Part shown: piece after piece, positions 36,591 to 46,346 of the stretch
Position numbering within the stretch: position 1 is the first letter of the stretch
How the letters are laid out: the number at the start of each line of letters is the position of its first letter
NCBI GenBank assembly: GCA_020725925.1
Contig: DYTN01000007.1
Coordinates: 9,233-73,232 of the forward strand
Direction: 5' to 3'
Source of the DNA: Methanobacteriota archaeon
GTDB taxonomy: Archaea > Thermoplasmatota > Thermoplasmata > UBA10834
Length of the DNA: 64,000 nt
Notes under the pieces: generated by a model
Told to the model about the DNA's origin: nothing
What the model saw: only the letters and a program-made list of their open reading frames with translations
Database searches by the model: none
Position numbers and translations under genes: made by a program

Positions 36591-37553
36591 ATGATCCAGC
36601 ATGGGAACGGCATCCTGGTGGAAGTGGACGGTCGGAAGTTCAGGTTCGATCCTCGCAGGGTCAACCAGGACGACACGTGCATGATTTCGCATGCGCACAC
36701 GGACCACCTGCCGACCTCGTTCAGGGGCAGCTCGGTCGTGTGCTCGCAGATAACCCGCGACTTCGTGAAGCTGCGCAGGAACAAGGAAGTCCAGATCGTG
36801 GATGACGAGCACGTGAGGCAGCTCGAGGCGGGGCATATAGCCGGCTCGCAGATGTTCCTCGTGGAGGGGGAGAAGAAGGTGCTCTACACCGGCGACTTCT
36901 GCACGAGGGAGAAGGAGCACACGAAGGCTGCCATGCCGCACAAGTGCGATGTGCTGATCATGGAGGCGACCTACGGGAAGCCGCACTATGTGTTCCCGGA
37001 CCATGCCGAGATGATGGCAGTGGTGAAGGATTGGCTCAACGATATCATGCGCGCAGACGGCATCGCCGTTCTGTACGCATACCCTCTCGGCAAGTCCCAG
37101 GAGCTGAGCGCGTACCTGAGGGACTTCCCGCTGTTGCTGCATGGGGCCATCGCGGAGAACAACCGACTGCTTCGAGCGCATGGAATGACACTCTCCGACG
37201 TGGAATACGACCAGCATCTCGCAATCCCTCCGTTCGTCTACATCACATCGGGCCTCGGTCGGGATCTCGCGAGGGTGGAATCGCTGAAGAAGAAGGGGGC
37301 CAAGACGGCTGCGTTCTCGGGGTGGGCGCTCGACAGGGACTTCGTGAGCGTCTCACGGGCGAACGAGGCGTTCCCAGTATCCGACCACTGCGGGTTCGAC
37401 GAGCTCGTGGAGTTCGCCAGGAGATGCGATCCTGAGGCGGTCTTCACGACGCACGGCTTCGCCAAGGAGCTGGCAAATCACCTGAGGCGCAACCTCGGCA
37501 TCCAAGCGCAGCCGCTGGTGGCCAGGCAGAGGACTCTGGACCATTTCTGCTAA
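36591..37553 (+). CDS. Metallo-beta-lactamase / beta-CASP nuclease
   Basis: SHAHTDH, AGHIAGS, YTGDF, MEATYG, LGKSQE, SDHCG, THG. Confidence 0.88.
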   Translation: MIQHGNGILVEVDGRKFRFDPRRVNQDDTCMISHAHTDHLPTSFRGSSVVCSQITRDFVKLRRNKEVQIVDDEHVRQLEAGHIAGSQMFLVEGEKKVLYTGDFCTREKEHTKAAMPHKCDVLIMEATYGKPHYVFPDHAEMMAVVKDWLNDIMRADGIAVLYAYPLGKSQELSAYLRDFPLLLHGAIAENNRLLRAHGMTLSDVEYDQHLAIPPFVYITSGLGRDLARVESLKKKGAKTAAFSGWALDRDFVSVSRANEAFPVSDHCGFDELVEFARRCDPEAVFTTHGFAKELANHLRRNLGIQAQPLVARQRTLDHFC

Positions 37554-38524
37554 GCGCTCTTCTGCGAGCTTCCCCAGACTCGCATGTAGGTCCCGACTGG
37601 CATGAGGACTCTCGAGACATCCACTGCGAAACCCTCCTTTCGCTTGAGCATCTCCTCAGCGTCCATGAGGGCCGTCCCGATGCCGACCCCCTCCCCGCTG
37701 AGCGTCATGACGGCGACGGTCCCGCCCTTGCGGATGGTCTCATCGATCGTGACGATCCCAGGGGCCGCGAGGCTCGCACCGTGGCATATCGCATCCACTG
37801 CGGAGTCCTTGACCTCCACCTTCGGGATCTGTGCCAGGAGCATCTCCTTGGGAAGGAGCATCTTCTTCAGGTGGGTGCTGTTGCCCGACCTGTGCTCCTC
37901 CAGCGAGTCCTTGAGGTCGTGGAGCGAGACGGCCATGTCCTCCGTCAGCACGCCCGCTCTGGTCCGCCTCAGGTCCTGGAGGTGTGCTCCTACGCCTATC
38001 GCATCGCCCATGTCCACGCACAAGCTCCTGATGTATGTCCCCGCCTCACAGTCGACCATGAAGAGAACGTCCCTGTCGGACACTTCCAGCATCTTGAGCG
38101 ACTCCACGATTCTCGTGCGCATCTCGCGCTTGACGGCCGAGCGCATCGGAGGGGTCTGGAAGATCTCGCCCGTGAACTCGTCGAATACCTCCGCGAGCCT
38201 CTTCTGGTCGACACTGCCGTGCATCTTCATGACGCCGACATAGGCCTTCGTGCCGTAGTGGAGGGCGTCCATCGCACGGACCGCGCTCCCCAGCCCGACT
38301 GGGAGCACGCCCGTGACCCTCGGGTCGAGCGTGCCGCCATGGGCCGCCTTGCTCGCGCCCGTCATCTGGCCGACCCAGCTGGTGACCTGGTGGGATGTGG
38401 GGCCCGCAGGCTTGTCGATGACGACGATGCCGTCCTTGAGCAGCTCCTCGACGGTCCTGTCCTCCGGCCTCCTGCCCACGCCCGAGCTAACCGGCCTCTT
38501 CGACTTGACGAGCATCTTCGGCAA
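37550..38524 (-). CDS. cbf5: Pseudouridine synthase Cbf5/TruB
   Basis: DKPAGPTSHQV, HGGTLDPRVTGVL, GTYIR, C-terminal PUA domain. Confidence 0.96.
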   Translation of the reverse strand: MPKMLVKSKRPVSSGVGRRPEDRTVEELLKDGIVVIDKPAGPTSHQVTSWVGQMTGASKAAHGGTLDPRVTGVLPVGLGSAVRAMDALHYGTKAYVGVMKMHGSVDQKRLAEVFDEFTGEIFQTPPMRSAVKREMRTRIVESLKMLEVSDRDVLFMVDCEAGTYIRSLCVDMGDAIGVGAHLQDLRRTRAGVLTEDMAVSLHDLKDSLEEHRSGNSTHLKKMLLPKEMLLAQIPKVEVKDSAVDAICHGASLAAPGIVTIDETIRKGGTVAVMTLSGEGVGIGTALMDAEEMLKRKEGFAVDVSRVLMPVGTYMRVWGSSQKSA

Positions 38525-39053
38525 CCGCCTTCCTGGCCCTCTCGACTATCATGTCCGCGATCCTGTCGGCGCGGGTGTTCGAGGAGTCGACCCAGAGGTC
38601 GTAGAAGGCCTTGTCGGTGGGGTCTATGCCGTAGTAGGCCTTGTAACGCTTCTTCTCAGACCTCTCCCGGGTGCGCATCTCCTTGAGAACGGCCTCGACC
38701 TCCCTTCCTTCCCTCTGCGCTACCCTCTGTATCCGGATGTCCTCCGCAGCGTCGACGTACACCGCGAACACCGGCACCTTCCTGCCCTTCAGCATCGGTC
38801 CCGCGAGCCTCCCCTCGAGCACGATGTTCTCGTTGGCGCGCGCGAGCGCGACCATCCGCTCGTCGAGATCCTTGTCTATGGTCTCGTCCTCCTCCGCCAG
38901 CCTGCCGAAGGTGCCGAGGTCGAGCTTCCTCTCCTCCGCCATCTGCCTGAAGAGCTGCCCCACGAGGACGAAGTCGTAGTCCAGCCTGTTGGCCACGAGC
39001 ATGCATATGGTCGTCTTGCCGCTCCCGGGTGGACCTGAAATGGCTATCCTCAT
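38487..39053 (-). CDS. cmk: Cytidylate kinase
   Basis: MRIAISGPPGSGKTT, EGRLAG, RY..YYGID. Confidence 0.93.
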   Translation of the reverse strand: MRIAISGPPGSGKTTICMLVANRLDYDFVLVGQLFRQMAEERKLDLGTFGRLAEEDETIDKDLDERMVALARANENIVLEGRLAGPMLKGRKVPVFAVYVDAAEDIRIQRVAQREGREVEAVLKEMRTRERSEKKRYKAYYGIDPTDKAFYDLWVDSSNTRADRIADMIVERARKAVAEDARQVEEAG

Positions 39054-39757
39054 CCGGCCGCTCCCTCTTCCTCGATGTCCGAGCTCTCCGCGCCCTTCAC
39101 CTTGAGCTCGCTCAGCCTGCGCCTGAAGCTGATGAACTTCAGGCTCCTGGTCAGCACCTGCCCGAAAGGCAGTGTCAGGAGCGAGTAGAGCAGGACCCAG
39201 TTGGGCAGCACGTTCGAGTGCTTCATGTCCGCGTCGAACGCCCACGGGACGGAGAAGGTCGTGGACGAGAGGTCCAAGTACACGAAGTTCGCGAGCCATG
39301 CGAATATCGGTATGATGACCAGCATGGTCAAGGGCATCAGCTTGAGCTGCATCTGGGACGCCTTGAGCGACTGCGCCATGATCTGCGGCTGGAGCTCCGT
39401 GAGCTTCTTGAGCTTGAAGGTGTTGTTGCTCGCCCTCGCCTCCCTGAGCTCCTTCTGGAAGGCCGAAGTGATCCTCGCGTTCCTCGCCTGGTCGACCCAG
39501 TCGACGAAGAAGTGCCTCACGCTTATGCTGAAGAAGCTCATGATGAGGCCGGTGAAGAGGAGCGTGAGAATGGGCTGATCGCCGTCGAAGCCGACCAGGG
39601 GCGTCAGGGGCACGCCGATTATCCTCCCGAGGCCCTGCCTCAGGTCGTTGTCGAACATGACGAACATTGCGAGCAGGAAGGCCATCATCACGATGAGCTG
39701 GTTCCCGAAGTCCGGCCTGGGAGGCCTCGCTCCTCCAGCGCCCCTGGAGCCCGCCAT
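39050..39757 (-). CDS. DUF106 / EMC3-TMCO1 (YidC-like) membrane protein
   Basis: TM, coiled-coil, TM architecture; conserved position downstream of secY. Confidence 0.88.
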   Translation of the reverse strand: MAGSRGAGGARPPRPDFGNQLIVMMAFLLAMFVMFDNDLRQGLGRIIGVPLTPLVGFDGDQPILTLLFTGLIMSFFSISVRHFFVDWVDQARNARITSAFQKELREARASNNTFKLKKLTELQPQIMAQSLKASQMQLKLMPLTMLVIIPIFAWLANFVYLDLSSTTFSVPWAFDADMKHSNVLPNWVLLYSLLTLPFGQVLTRSLKFISFRRRLSELKVKGAESSDIEEEGAAG

Positions 39758-39761
39758 CCGA

Positions 39762-41345
39762 TCACTCGCCTCCGAAGAAGCCTCTGAGTACCGGATGCAT
39801 CTCCATCATCTGCTCCCTGCCCATGGCATCGTAGAGCTGTATCATAATGCCCACGGCGAGGAGCACGCCGGTGCCCGACGCGTTCCCCACCGTGCCTATC
39901 AGGTCCGCGCCCGCTGCGAGCCCTCCGACCGTCGCCCCCGAGATGACAGTCACCACCGGTATGTACCTCTCCAGGACCCTCTTGAGGACCCTCGGGTCCC
40001 TCCTGAAGCCCGGGATCTGCATCCCGCTCGACTCGATCTGCGATGCGACCGCCTCCGGGCCCATGTTCGTCGTCTCGATCCAGAACTTCGCGAACAGGAC
40101 GGAGCCCAGGACCATGACGCCCACGTAGACCATGACATGGATGCCTATCTGGTACCTCTCCTTGTCCAGCCCCAGCCCGCTGAGATAGCTGTCGCTAAGA
40201 AGAGGCAAAAGCCAGTCGCCGACGCCGTTGATCGTGGATAGGTAGTACGCCAGCCCGCCGGACGGCCTCGTGGCGTCTGCATCGTAGTAGCCGAGCATCC
40301 AGTTCTCGCCCAGCAGGGGCACGTTCCGGAAGGACGGGTGGCTCCAGAAGAGCATCGAGAACATGCTCACGTTCGCCAGCAGGGCGGCCATGAGGATGAC
40401 CGGGATGTTGGACGCGTAGATGAGCTTGATCGGGTACCTGCCCCGGGCTCCTCTCGCCCCTCCGTGCGCGAGCGGGAGCTCTATCCTGCTCGATTCCGTG
40501 TACGCGACGAACAGGAAGATGACTATTGTGCCTATGAGGGCCACCATCGGGTTCGGCTGCGCCAGGAAGATGCGCTCGTACCCGCCCCCTGAGAGCTCAG
40601 GGGCGGACATGTGGTGGAATAGGTAGATCGTCTTCGGGAGCGTGCCCGCCGGCGGGTTGTCGTAGGGGTCCATCGGGATTGCGTTGTCCACGGGGTGCCA
40701 GTTGAGCGACCCCGTGAATATCTGCTGCGCGACGCCCGCGGCGATGAAGAGCGATATGCCGCTCCCTATGCCCCACTTCGAGACCACCTCGTCCATGAGG
40801 AACACGAGGTACGAGCCGACGAAGAGCTGGACCACGATGAGCGTCCGGGCCAGGGCGAGTCCGTTGCCCGCCCAGATGCCTTCCATGCCGTCCCTGAACC
40901 TCGAGGTCGGCTCCATGAAGCCGTAGACCTGCGGCACCGCCTCGACGACTATCATGATTATCACCAGGAGCTTCTGTGTGCCCTGGTACACCGCCTTGTC
41001 CTCGTCTTCCTTGAGGTTGAGCTTGATGATCTTCGCGCCCGTGAAGAGCTGCATGATGATCGAGCCGGTGACGATGGGCCCTATCCCCAGGTGCATGAGC
41101 GAGAACTGCGCGCCCGCGAGTATCGCCCTGTACTGGGCGAACAGGTCCACACCCTCTCCTGTGTTCACGCCATAGATCACGATGTTGGTCATGGCGAAGT
41201 ACAGGACCAGGATGAGGACGAGCCACATCATCTTCGTCCGGAAGTGCACATGCCCCTCGGGCCTGGTCACCGCCGGAATCCTCGACGTGATCGGCTTGAG
41301 CTTGTAGAGCATGCTTCTTTCTTCTTTCTCCTCGGCCATCTGCAC
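39762..41345 (-). CDS. secY: Preprotein translocase subunit SecY
   Basis: LGIGPIVTGSIIMQL, GIGSGISLFI, YASNIPVIL, IPGFRRD, SGTGVLLAV. Confidence 0.97.
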   Translation of the reverse strand: MQMAEEKEERSMLYKLKPITSRIPAVTRPEGHVHFRTKMMWLVLILVLYFAMTNIVIYGVNTGEGVDLFAQYRAILAGAQFSLMHLGIGPIVTGSIIMQLFTGAKIIKLNLKEDEDKAVYQGTQKLLVIIMIVVEAVPQVYGFMEPTSRFRDGMEGIWAGNGLALARTLIVVQLFVGSYLVFLMDEVVSKWGIGSGISLFIAAGVAQQIFTGSLNWHPVDNAIPMDPYDNPPAGTLPKTIYLFHHMSAPELSGGGYERIFLAQPNPMVALIGTIVIFLFVAYTESSRIELPLAHGGARGARGRYPIKLIYASNIPVILMAALLANVSMFSMLFWSHPSFRNVPLLGENWMLGYYDADATRPSGGLAYYLSTINGVGDWLLPLLSDSYLSGLGLDKERYQIGIHVMVYVGVMVLGSVLFAKFWIETTNMGPEAVASQIESSGMQIPGFRRDPRVLKRVLERYIPVVTVISGATVGGLAAGADLIGTVGNASGTGVLLAVGIMIQLYDAMGREQMMEMHPVLRGFFGGE

Positions 41346-41391
41346 CCTTCCTAGTCGCAGGAGTTCGTGGTCTATGCCCTGCCCTGTCTGT

Positions 41392-41817
41392 TCATTCCTT
41401 CAGCAGCGTTCCCCCGGCCTTCTTCAGCTTCTCCTCCGCACTCGCCGAGGCCTCGGGTACTTTGATCGTGACAGGCGTGGTCATCCTCCCGGAACCCAGG
41501 AGCTTGTCCACGCCGAGCTTCGCCAGGTCGACAGTCCACTTGCCGTCCTTGTGTTCCGCGTATCCATCCTTCGCTAGTGCTTGAAGGGACTGCTCGACCT
41601 CTGAGAGGTTCATAGTGACCTTGTCCCTCACCACGGACTGGGGCCTCTTGAACCCGTGGCGGCCGAAATGGTCAGGATCGTATTTAATCACGCTTATCCA
41701 CTTGTGCTTGTGCAGGCCGGCGTTTCCCCGCCCGCCCCTGAGGCCAGCGCCCCTCCCGGCCTTCTTGCCCCGGCCGTGGGTCCTGCTGCCCCTGAACTTG
41801 CTCGTCCTGCTTACCAT
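41392..41817 (-). CDS. rpl15: 50S ribosomal protein uL15
   Basis: RGSRTHGRG..RGAG.RGGRG.AG, FGRHGF. Confidence 0.96.
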   Translation of the reverse strand: MVSRTSKFRGSRTHGRGKKAGRGAGLRGGRGNAGLHKHKWISVIKYDPDHFGRHGFKRPQSVVRDKVTMNLSEVEQSLQALAKDGYAEHKDGKWTVDLAKLGVDKLLGSGRMTTPVTIKVPEASASAEEKLKKAGGTLLKE

Positions 41818-42306
41818 CTACTTCGCCTCCTTCAGCTTCGGGAGCATCTTGTCGATGAGCTTCTCCATGTCTGCGCCCCTGTAGCCGAGCGAGCCGCCGT
41901 CCACGAACGGTCTCCTCGTGCTCCTGTGCCCCTGCCTGGGCGGAGGGAGCCTTAGGACGGGCTTGAGCCCCTTCACGTCTGAGAACCGCGCCTCGCCCTT
42001 CTCGAGCGCCTTCGCGAAGGAGAGTATCGATGTGAACGCGGAGTTGTCCTTGACATAGGCGTCCGTGAGCCTTGCGCCCCCGGCCACCTCGCCCTTGTGG
42101 AACAGCAGGCGTGCGATCGCCTCTGGCGTCAGCTCCCCCCAGGTGACGTAGTCCTTCACCACCTGCAGCATGCCGCTGGTCGTGTCGTTTTTCGGGAGGA
42201 CCGCGCAGTGGTTCACCCTGTTCAGCCTGAGCATGTCCATCGTCTCCACCGCCTGCCGCTGTATCTTCGCGTGTCCCCTCACCCTCACCACTGCGACTGC
42301 GGCCAT
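41818..42306 (-). CDS. rpl30: 50S ribosomal protein uL30
   Basis: AVVRVRG, GMLQVVKDYVTWGE, LRLPPPR.G, LGYRG. Confidence 0.95.
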   Translation of the reverse strand: MAAVAVVRVRGHAKIQRQAVETMDMLRLNRVNHCAVLPKNDTTSGMLQVVKDYVTWGELTPEAIARLLFHKGEVAGGARLTDAYVKDNSAFTSILSFAKALEKGEARFSDVKGLKPVLRLPPPRQGHRSTRRPFVDGGSLGYRGADMEKLIDKMLPKLKEAK

Positions 42307-42307
42307 C

Positions 42308-43027
42308 CTACTCGCCCTCCTTGGTGGTCTCTGGCGCAGGCCCCTCGGGCTCCTCCTCTGGGGGCACACCGACGGACGCGACGTGTATCTGGGTCGGCCC
42401 CGAGACTATCTGGAGCCTGGACCTCTGCTCGTCCGTGACCCTGATCTGCGATGTCTTCTTGAGCGCATCGAAGGTCGCGATGGAGTTGTTGATCGTGGTC
42501 TTCGTGTGCCCGCTCGTGAAGCCCCAGGAGTCCTTTATCCCGGCCATCTTAAGCACGCTCTTCCCGATGTCCCCGACTGCGAGGCCCGTGCCCCTTGGAG
42601 CCGGCTTCAACGTCACGTACACGGACCCCGAATGGCCCGTGACCTCGAACGGGAGCGAGTGGGGCGTCAGGCAGCCGCACTGCCACGAGCCGCACCCGCG
42701 CTTGACCTCGATTATGTTCAGCTTCGCGACGTCGATGGCTGCCCTTATCGCGGGCCCGACCTCCTTGCCCTTGAGCCTCCCGAGGCCGACGAAACCGTCG
42801 TTGTTGCCGACGACGACTGTGATGGCGAACCTGACCCTCCGGCCAGAGTCGGTCATGCGCTGGACCATGTTCACGTCCAGCACCTCGTCCGCGAGCTCGG
42901 GCAGGAGTATGTCCACGATCTCCGCCTCCCTCAGGGGCAGCCTCGTCCTGAGCGCTTCGCTCATCGTGGTTATCTTGCCCTCGGCGACGAGCTTGCCCAG
43001 CCTCGTCTTGGGTACCCAGTCACCCAT
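42308..43027 (-). CDS. rps5: 30S ribosomal protein uS5
   Basis: [32 protein letters not shown]. Confidence 0.96.
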   Translation of the reverse strand: MGDWVPKTRLGKLVAEGKITTMSEALRTRLPLREAEIVDILLPELADEVLDVNMVQRMTDSGRRVRFAITVVVGNNDGFVGLGRLKGKEVGPAIRAAIDVAKLNIIEVKRGCGSWQCGCLTPHSLPFEVTGHSGSVYVTLKPAPRGTGLAVGDIGKSVLKMAGIKDSWGFTSGHTKTTINNSIATFDALKKTSQIRVTDEQRSRLQIVSGPTQIHVASVGVPPEEEPEGPAPETTKEGE

Positions 43028-43538
43028 CGGTCGCACCTCCTATCTTGCCCTTCGCGCCCTCGAACATGCCCGCGGTTCCCTCGCGCATGTGCTTTCCCGT
43101 GATCCTGTCCTGTGAAGGGAGCATGACGTCGCTGTGCGGGACCTCTATCCCCGCGTCGACTATCCCCTTCAGCGCCGCGAACACGACCGCGCCCTTGGTC
43201 GGCTCCCGGAGGCCTATGTCCAGCACGGCCTCATGAAGGCCCTTCTCCTTGGCCCTCCTGCCCGCGAGAAGGCCCGTGAGGTACGCGCCCGGGGTGCTCT
43301 TGCCCGAGCCCGTCCAGCCGAGCTCCGCGAGCTCCGTCGACACGGCGGACGCGATCACGAAGTCCGCGCCCTCCCTGAACTCGACGAACTGCACCCTCGT
43401 GTGCCTGTTGGACTTCCTCACCACCGCGCGGACCTTGCCGCCCCTTAGCAGCGCCGCCCTGTGCCTGTAGTCCGTCCGCCCCTCGCGCCTTCTCCTGAAA
43501 GGCACTCTGTACCTGGGTCCTGTGGCCATCATCATCAC
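43020..43538 (-). CDS. rpl18: 50S ribosomal protein uL18
   Basis: [30 protein letters not shown]. Confidence 0.96.
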   Translation of the reverse strand: MMMMATGPRYRVPFRRRREGRTDYRHRAALLRGGKVRAVVRKSNRHTRVQFVEFREGADFVIASAVSTELAELGWTGSGKSTPGAYLTGLLAGRRAKEKGLHEAVLDIGLREPTKGAVVFAALKGIVDAGIEVPHSDVMLPSQDRITGKHMREGTAGMFEGAKGKIGGATDG

Positions 43539-43984
43539 TCCTTCAGGACTCCCTCGGCCTTCATGTGCGACTCCATGTGCGGCCTGCTCTTGAACACGCC
43601 GCCCTTGGCCTTGAGGTAGTAGTCACGGTATGTCGCCGTGTCGATCTTTCCCGCGTCCCTGAGCTCCTTGAGCTTCTTCCGGATGGGGCGTATGGTCTGC
43701 ATCCATCGCTCCTTGGTCGGCTTGCGCGCGCCCGTCCTGCCGCGCCTCGAGCCGTGCCCCCTCTGCCTGCCCTTCCTCCGCTGGGCCTGGTGGTACTTCG
43801 TCCTGCCCCTCGAGACGCCCTTCTTCTGCCTCGAGGCTATCGCGCCCGAGTTGATGAGCGTCCTGACATCGGCGCGGGTGATGGCGTCGGCCGCATCCTC
43901 CATCTTGTTCGGGTCTATCCAGACCCTGTTGGACCCGCACTTGAGGATCTCCGCGGCCATCCGCCTCTGGTTCTTGAGATTCAT
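43535..43984 (-). CDS. rpl19e: 50S ribosomal protein eL19
   Basis: QRRMAAEILKCG.NRVWIDP, G.GSRRG, YLKAKGG.F. Confidence 0.96.
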   Translation of the reverse strand: MNLKNQRRMAAEILKCGSNRVWIDPNKMEDAADAITRADVRTLINSGAIASRQKKGVSRGRTKYHQAQRRKGRQRGHGSRRGRTGARKPTKERWMQTIRPIRKKLKELRDAGKIDTATYRDYYLKAKGGVFKSRPHMESHMKAEGVLKE

Positions 43985-43987
43985 GCC

Positions 43988-44734
43988 TCATCCGCTCCTG
44001 TTGAGTATCCTTATGCCGAGCTCGTCCGCCTTCTCCTCTATCTGGAGCCGCTTCCTCATGCCCACCTGGTGCGCGACCCTCGCGGCCTCGAGCTCCGGCC
44101 TGATCTTGTCGAGGTCGGCGATGTTCCGGACCATGACCTCCCTGAACCCGGACGGGTGCAGGTGCCTGGCCCCCCTCGGCGAGCCGTAGCCTATCGACAC
44201 CACGTTCCGCCTGTAGCGGTAGTGCTGCCTCATCTTGGAGTGGTCCCCCACGGGCTTCCGCCAGCGCGCGCTCTGGAGGCACTTCCTCCTGTGCCACTCC
44301 TGGCGCAGGAACTCCGGCCTCCTGGCGTCCACTTCAGAGCGCTTCCTGAGGGCCTCGAGGGTCTCCTTGGAGAGCTTCGGCTTGAGCTTGACCTCGTAGC
44401 CCCCCTCCTCCTCGATCTCGACCTCTTTTTCCTTCTCCTTCTTGGCCTCGGCCTCCGGCTCCTCCTCGGGCTCCTTCTCCTCGGCCTCCGCCGCCTCCTT
44501 CTTCTCCTCCGGCTCTGCAGGGGCCTTGAGGTCCTCCTCCCAATGCTCGATCGTCTTGGGGCCGACTCCCTTGAGGTGCTCCTGTATCTCCTTGGCCCTC
44601 TCCTCGTCCGCGAGCGCCTCGCCGAGCTGCTTGGGCGTCTTGATGCCCAGCGCATCGAGCTTGGGGATGTACTCCTCCTTGAACATGTGGAGCTTCATGA
44701 ACTCGTCATGGTGGGGTGACTTCTTCTCTGCCAA
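43988..44734 (-). CDS. rpl32e: 50S ribosomal protein eL32 with N-terminal HhH-like and acidic extension
   Basis: FLRQEW..., WRKPVG, GYGSP, HPSGF, IRILN; TTG start after GGAGGTGA. Confidence 0.93.
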   Translation of the reverse strand: MAEKKSPHHDEFMKLHMFKEEYIPKLDALGIKTPKQLGEALADEERAKEIQEHLKGVGPKTIEHWEEDLKAPAEPEEKKEAAEAEEKEPEEEPEAEAKKEKEKEVEIEEEGGYEVKLKPKLSKETLEALRKRSEVDARRPEFLRQEWHRRKCLQSARWRKPVGDHSKMRQHYRYRRNVVSIGYGSPRGARHLHPSGFREVMVRNIADLDKIRPELEAARVAHQVGMRKRLQIEEKADELGIRILNRSG

Positions 44735-44739
44735 ACCTC

Positions 44740-45288
44740 TCACCTCCCTGGCTTCTCAGTTATGTAGATGCCATCCTGGAAGACCCTGGGGTCGAACCCC
44801 TTGATCTTCGTGGCGCGCTCGATGTTCGCCGCCGTCTGGCCGACGTCCTCGACGTTCGGGCCGTTGAGGACGACCTGGTCTCCCTTCACGGAGACCTTCG
44901 TGGCGCCCAGGATCCTGGTCTTCCTCGGGTACTTCTCCCCCAGGAAGTTCTCGATCACGAACGTGTCGCCCTTCACCGACGCCTTGATCGGGAAGTGCGC
45001 GTAGACGATCTTCATCTTGTACTCGAACCCGTCCGTGGCGCCCCTGAGCATGTTCCTAATGTACGCGCCGTAGGTCCCGACCAGGGCCTTCTCCCTCTTC
45101 CTCGGGAGCTCGCACGAGACGACGACGTGCTTGCCCTTGACCTCGATCCTGACCCTCGGGTGCGAGAGCTCCTTCGAGAGCTCCCCCTGGGGTCCCTTGA
45201 CCTTCGCGACGCCGTCCTGGAAGCTCACATGGACCTTGTCGGGTATCTGTATCTCGTCCTTCAGCAATCCGCCGCGCATCATGAACAC
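44740..45288 (-). CDS. rpl6: 50S ribosomal protein uL6
   Basis: YAHFPI, NFLGEK, DPRVFQDGIYI. Confidence 0.96.
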   Translation of the reverse strand: MFMMRGGLLKDEIQIPDKVHVSFQDGVAKVKGPQGELSKELSHPRVRIEVKGKHVVVSCELPRKREKALVGTYGAYIRNMLRGATDGFEYKMKIVYAHFPIKASVKGDTFVIENFLGEKYPRKTRILGATKVSVKGDQVVLNGPNVEDVGQTAANIERATKIKGFDPRVFQDGIYITEKPGR

Positions 45289-45289
45289 C

Positions 45290-45679
45290 TCAGTACACGA
45301 ACGCCAGCAGCTTGCCGCCGACGCCTCCCTTCTTCGCCTCCGTGTGCGTGAGCACGCCCTTCGTGGTCGTCAGGATGAGCACGCCGAAGTCCTGCGCGGG
45401 CAGGTACCTCGACTCCCACTTCTCCAGCTCGCCCACCTTGACGGAGTACCTTGGCCTGATCACGCCGCAGTCGTTTATGTGTCCCGCCAGGGCGACCTTG
45501 AACATGCCGCTCCTGCCGTCGTCGACGAGCTCGAACTGCCCGATGTAGCCGTTCTCCTGCATGACCTTGAGGACCCTGCCTATCAGCCTCGAGGACGGGC
45601 GCACCATGCACTCGCCCTTGCCCACCTTCTCGGCGTTCCTGATGAGAGCCATCGCGTCGTTGAGTGTGTCCTGCTGCAT
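45290..45679 (-). CDS. rps8: 30S ribosomal protein uS8
   Basis: [28 protein letters not shown]. Confidence 0.96.
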   Translation of the reverse strand: MQQDTLNDAMALIRNAEKVGKGECMVRPSSRLIGRVLKVMQENGYIGQFELVDDGRSGMFKVALAGHINDCGVIRPRYSVKVGELEKWESRYLPAQDFGVLILTTTKGVLTHTEAKKGGVGGKLLAFVY

Positions 45680-45690
45680 GTCATCTCACC

Positions 45691-45837
45691 TCACGAGTAC
45701 TTCCTGAAGCCTATGTGTGGCGCGATCTCCCTGAAGCACTGCCTGCACAGGTGCATCCCGTACCTCCGTATGATGCCCCTCTTCCTGCCGCACCGGGTGC
45801 ATCCGACGGTCCTGCCGAACTTCTTCTTGGGCTTCAA
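45691..45837 (-). CDS. rps14: 30S ribosomal protein uS14 (Zn-binding)
   Basis: Manual translation [48 protein letters not shown]; canonical position; not in ORF track. Confidence 0.95.
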   Translation of the reverse strand: MKPKKKFGRTVGCTRCGRKRGIIRRYGMHLCRQCFREIAPHIGFRKYS

Positions 45838-46346
45838 TCGACCACCTCCACACCGAACTTCGTCCTGACGAATGCGATGCCTTCCTTCTTGGAGACCCTG
45901 TGGTGCTTCGGGAGCCTGCGCCTCATCATGCGCCTGCTCTGGACGCGCCTTCCGGGCCTGCTTATCGAGGCGCAGACGTCCATCCCGAAGATGCCTATCT
46001 CAGGGTCATACTTCATCCCGGGGAAGTCCGTGTAGTCCGTGATGCCGAGCGAGAAGTTGCCCTCGGGGTCGAAGGAGTAGTCGGCTATCCTGTTCTCCCT
46101 GATCCAGAAGGCCTTCTTGACGAACTCCTCGGCCTCCTTCCCCCTGAGCGTGACCTTGCACCCGATGTGCATGCCCTTCCTGATGCCCAGGTCCCTGTTC
46201 GTGGTCTTGGCTATCGTGCGGACGGGCTTCTTCCCCGTGACCATCTGGAGGACCTTCTCGGCCTTCAGGAGCCTCTCGCCTGCGTCCCCGACGCCGATGT
46301 TGACGACGGCCTTCTCGAGCCTGATGTCCCTCATGGTCTCTGTCAT
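45834..46346 (-). CDS. rpl5: 50S ribosomal protein uL5
   Basis: [33 protein letters not shown]. Confidence 0.96.
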   Translation of the reverse strand: MTETMRDIRLEKAVVNIGVGDAGERLLKAEKVLQMVTGKKPVRTIAKTTNRDLGIRKGMHIGCKVTLRGKEAEEFVKKAFWIRENRIADYSFDPEGNFSLGITDYTDFPGMKYDPEIGIFGMDVCASISRPGRRVQSRRMMRRRLPKHHRVSKKEGIAFVRTKFGVEVVD

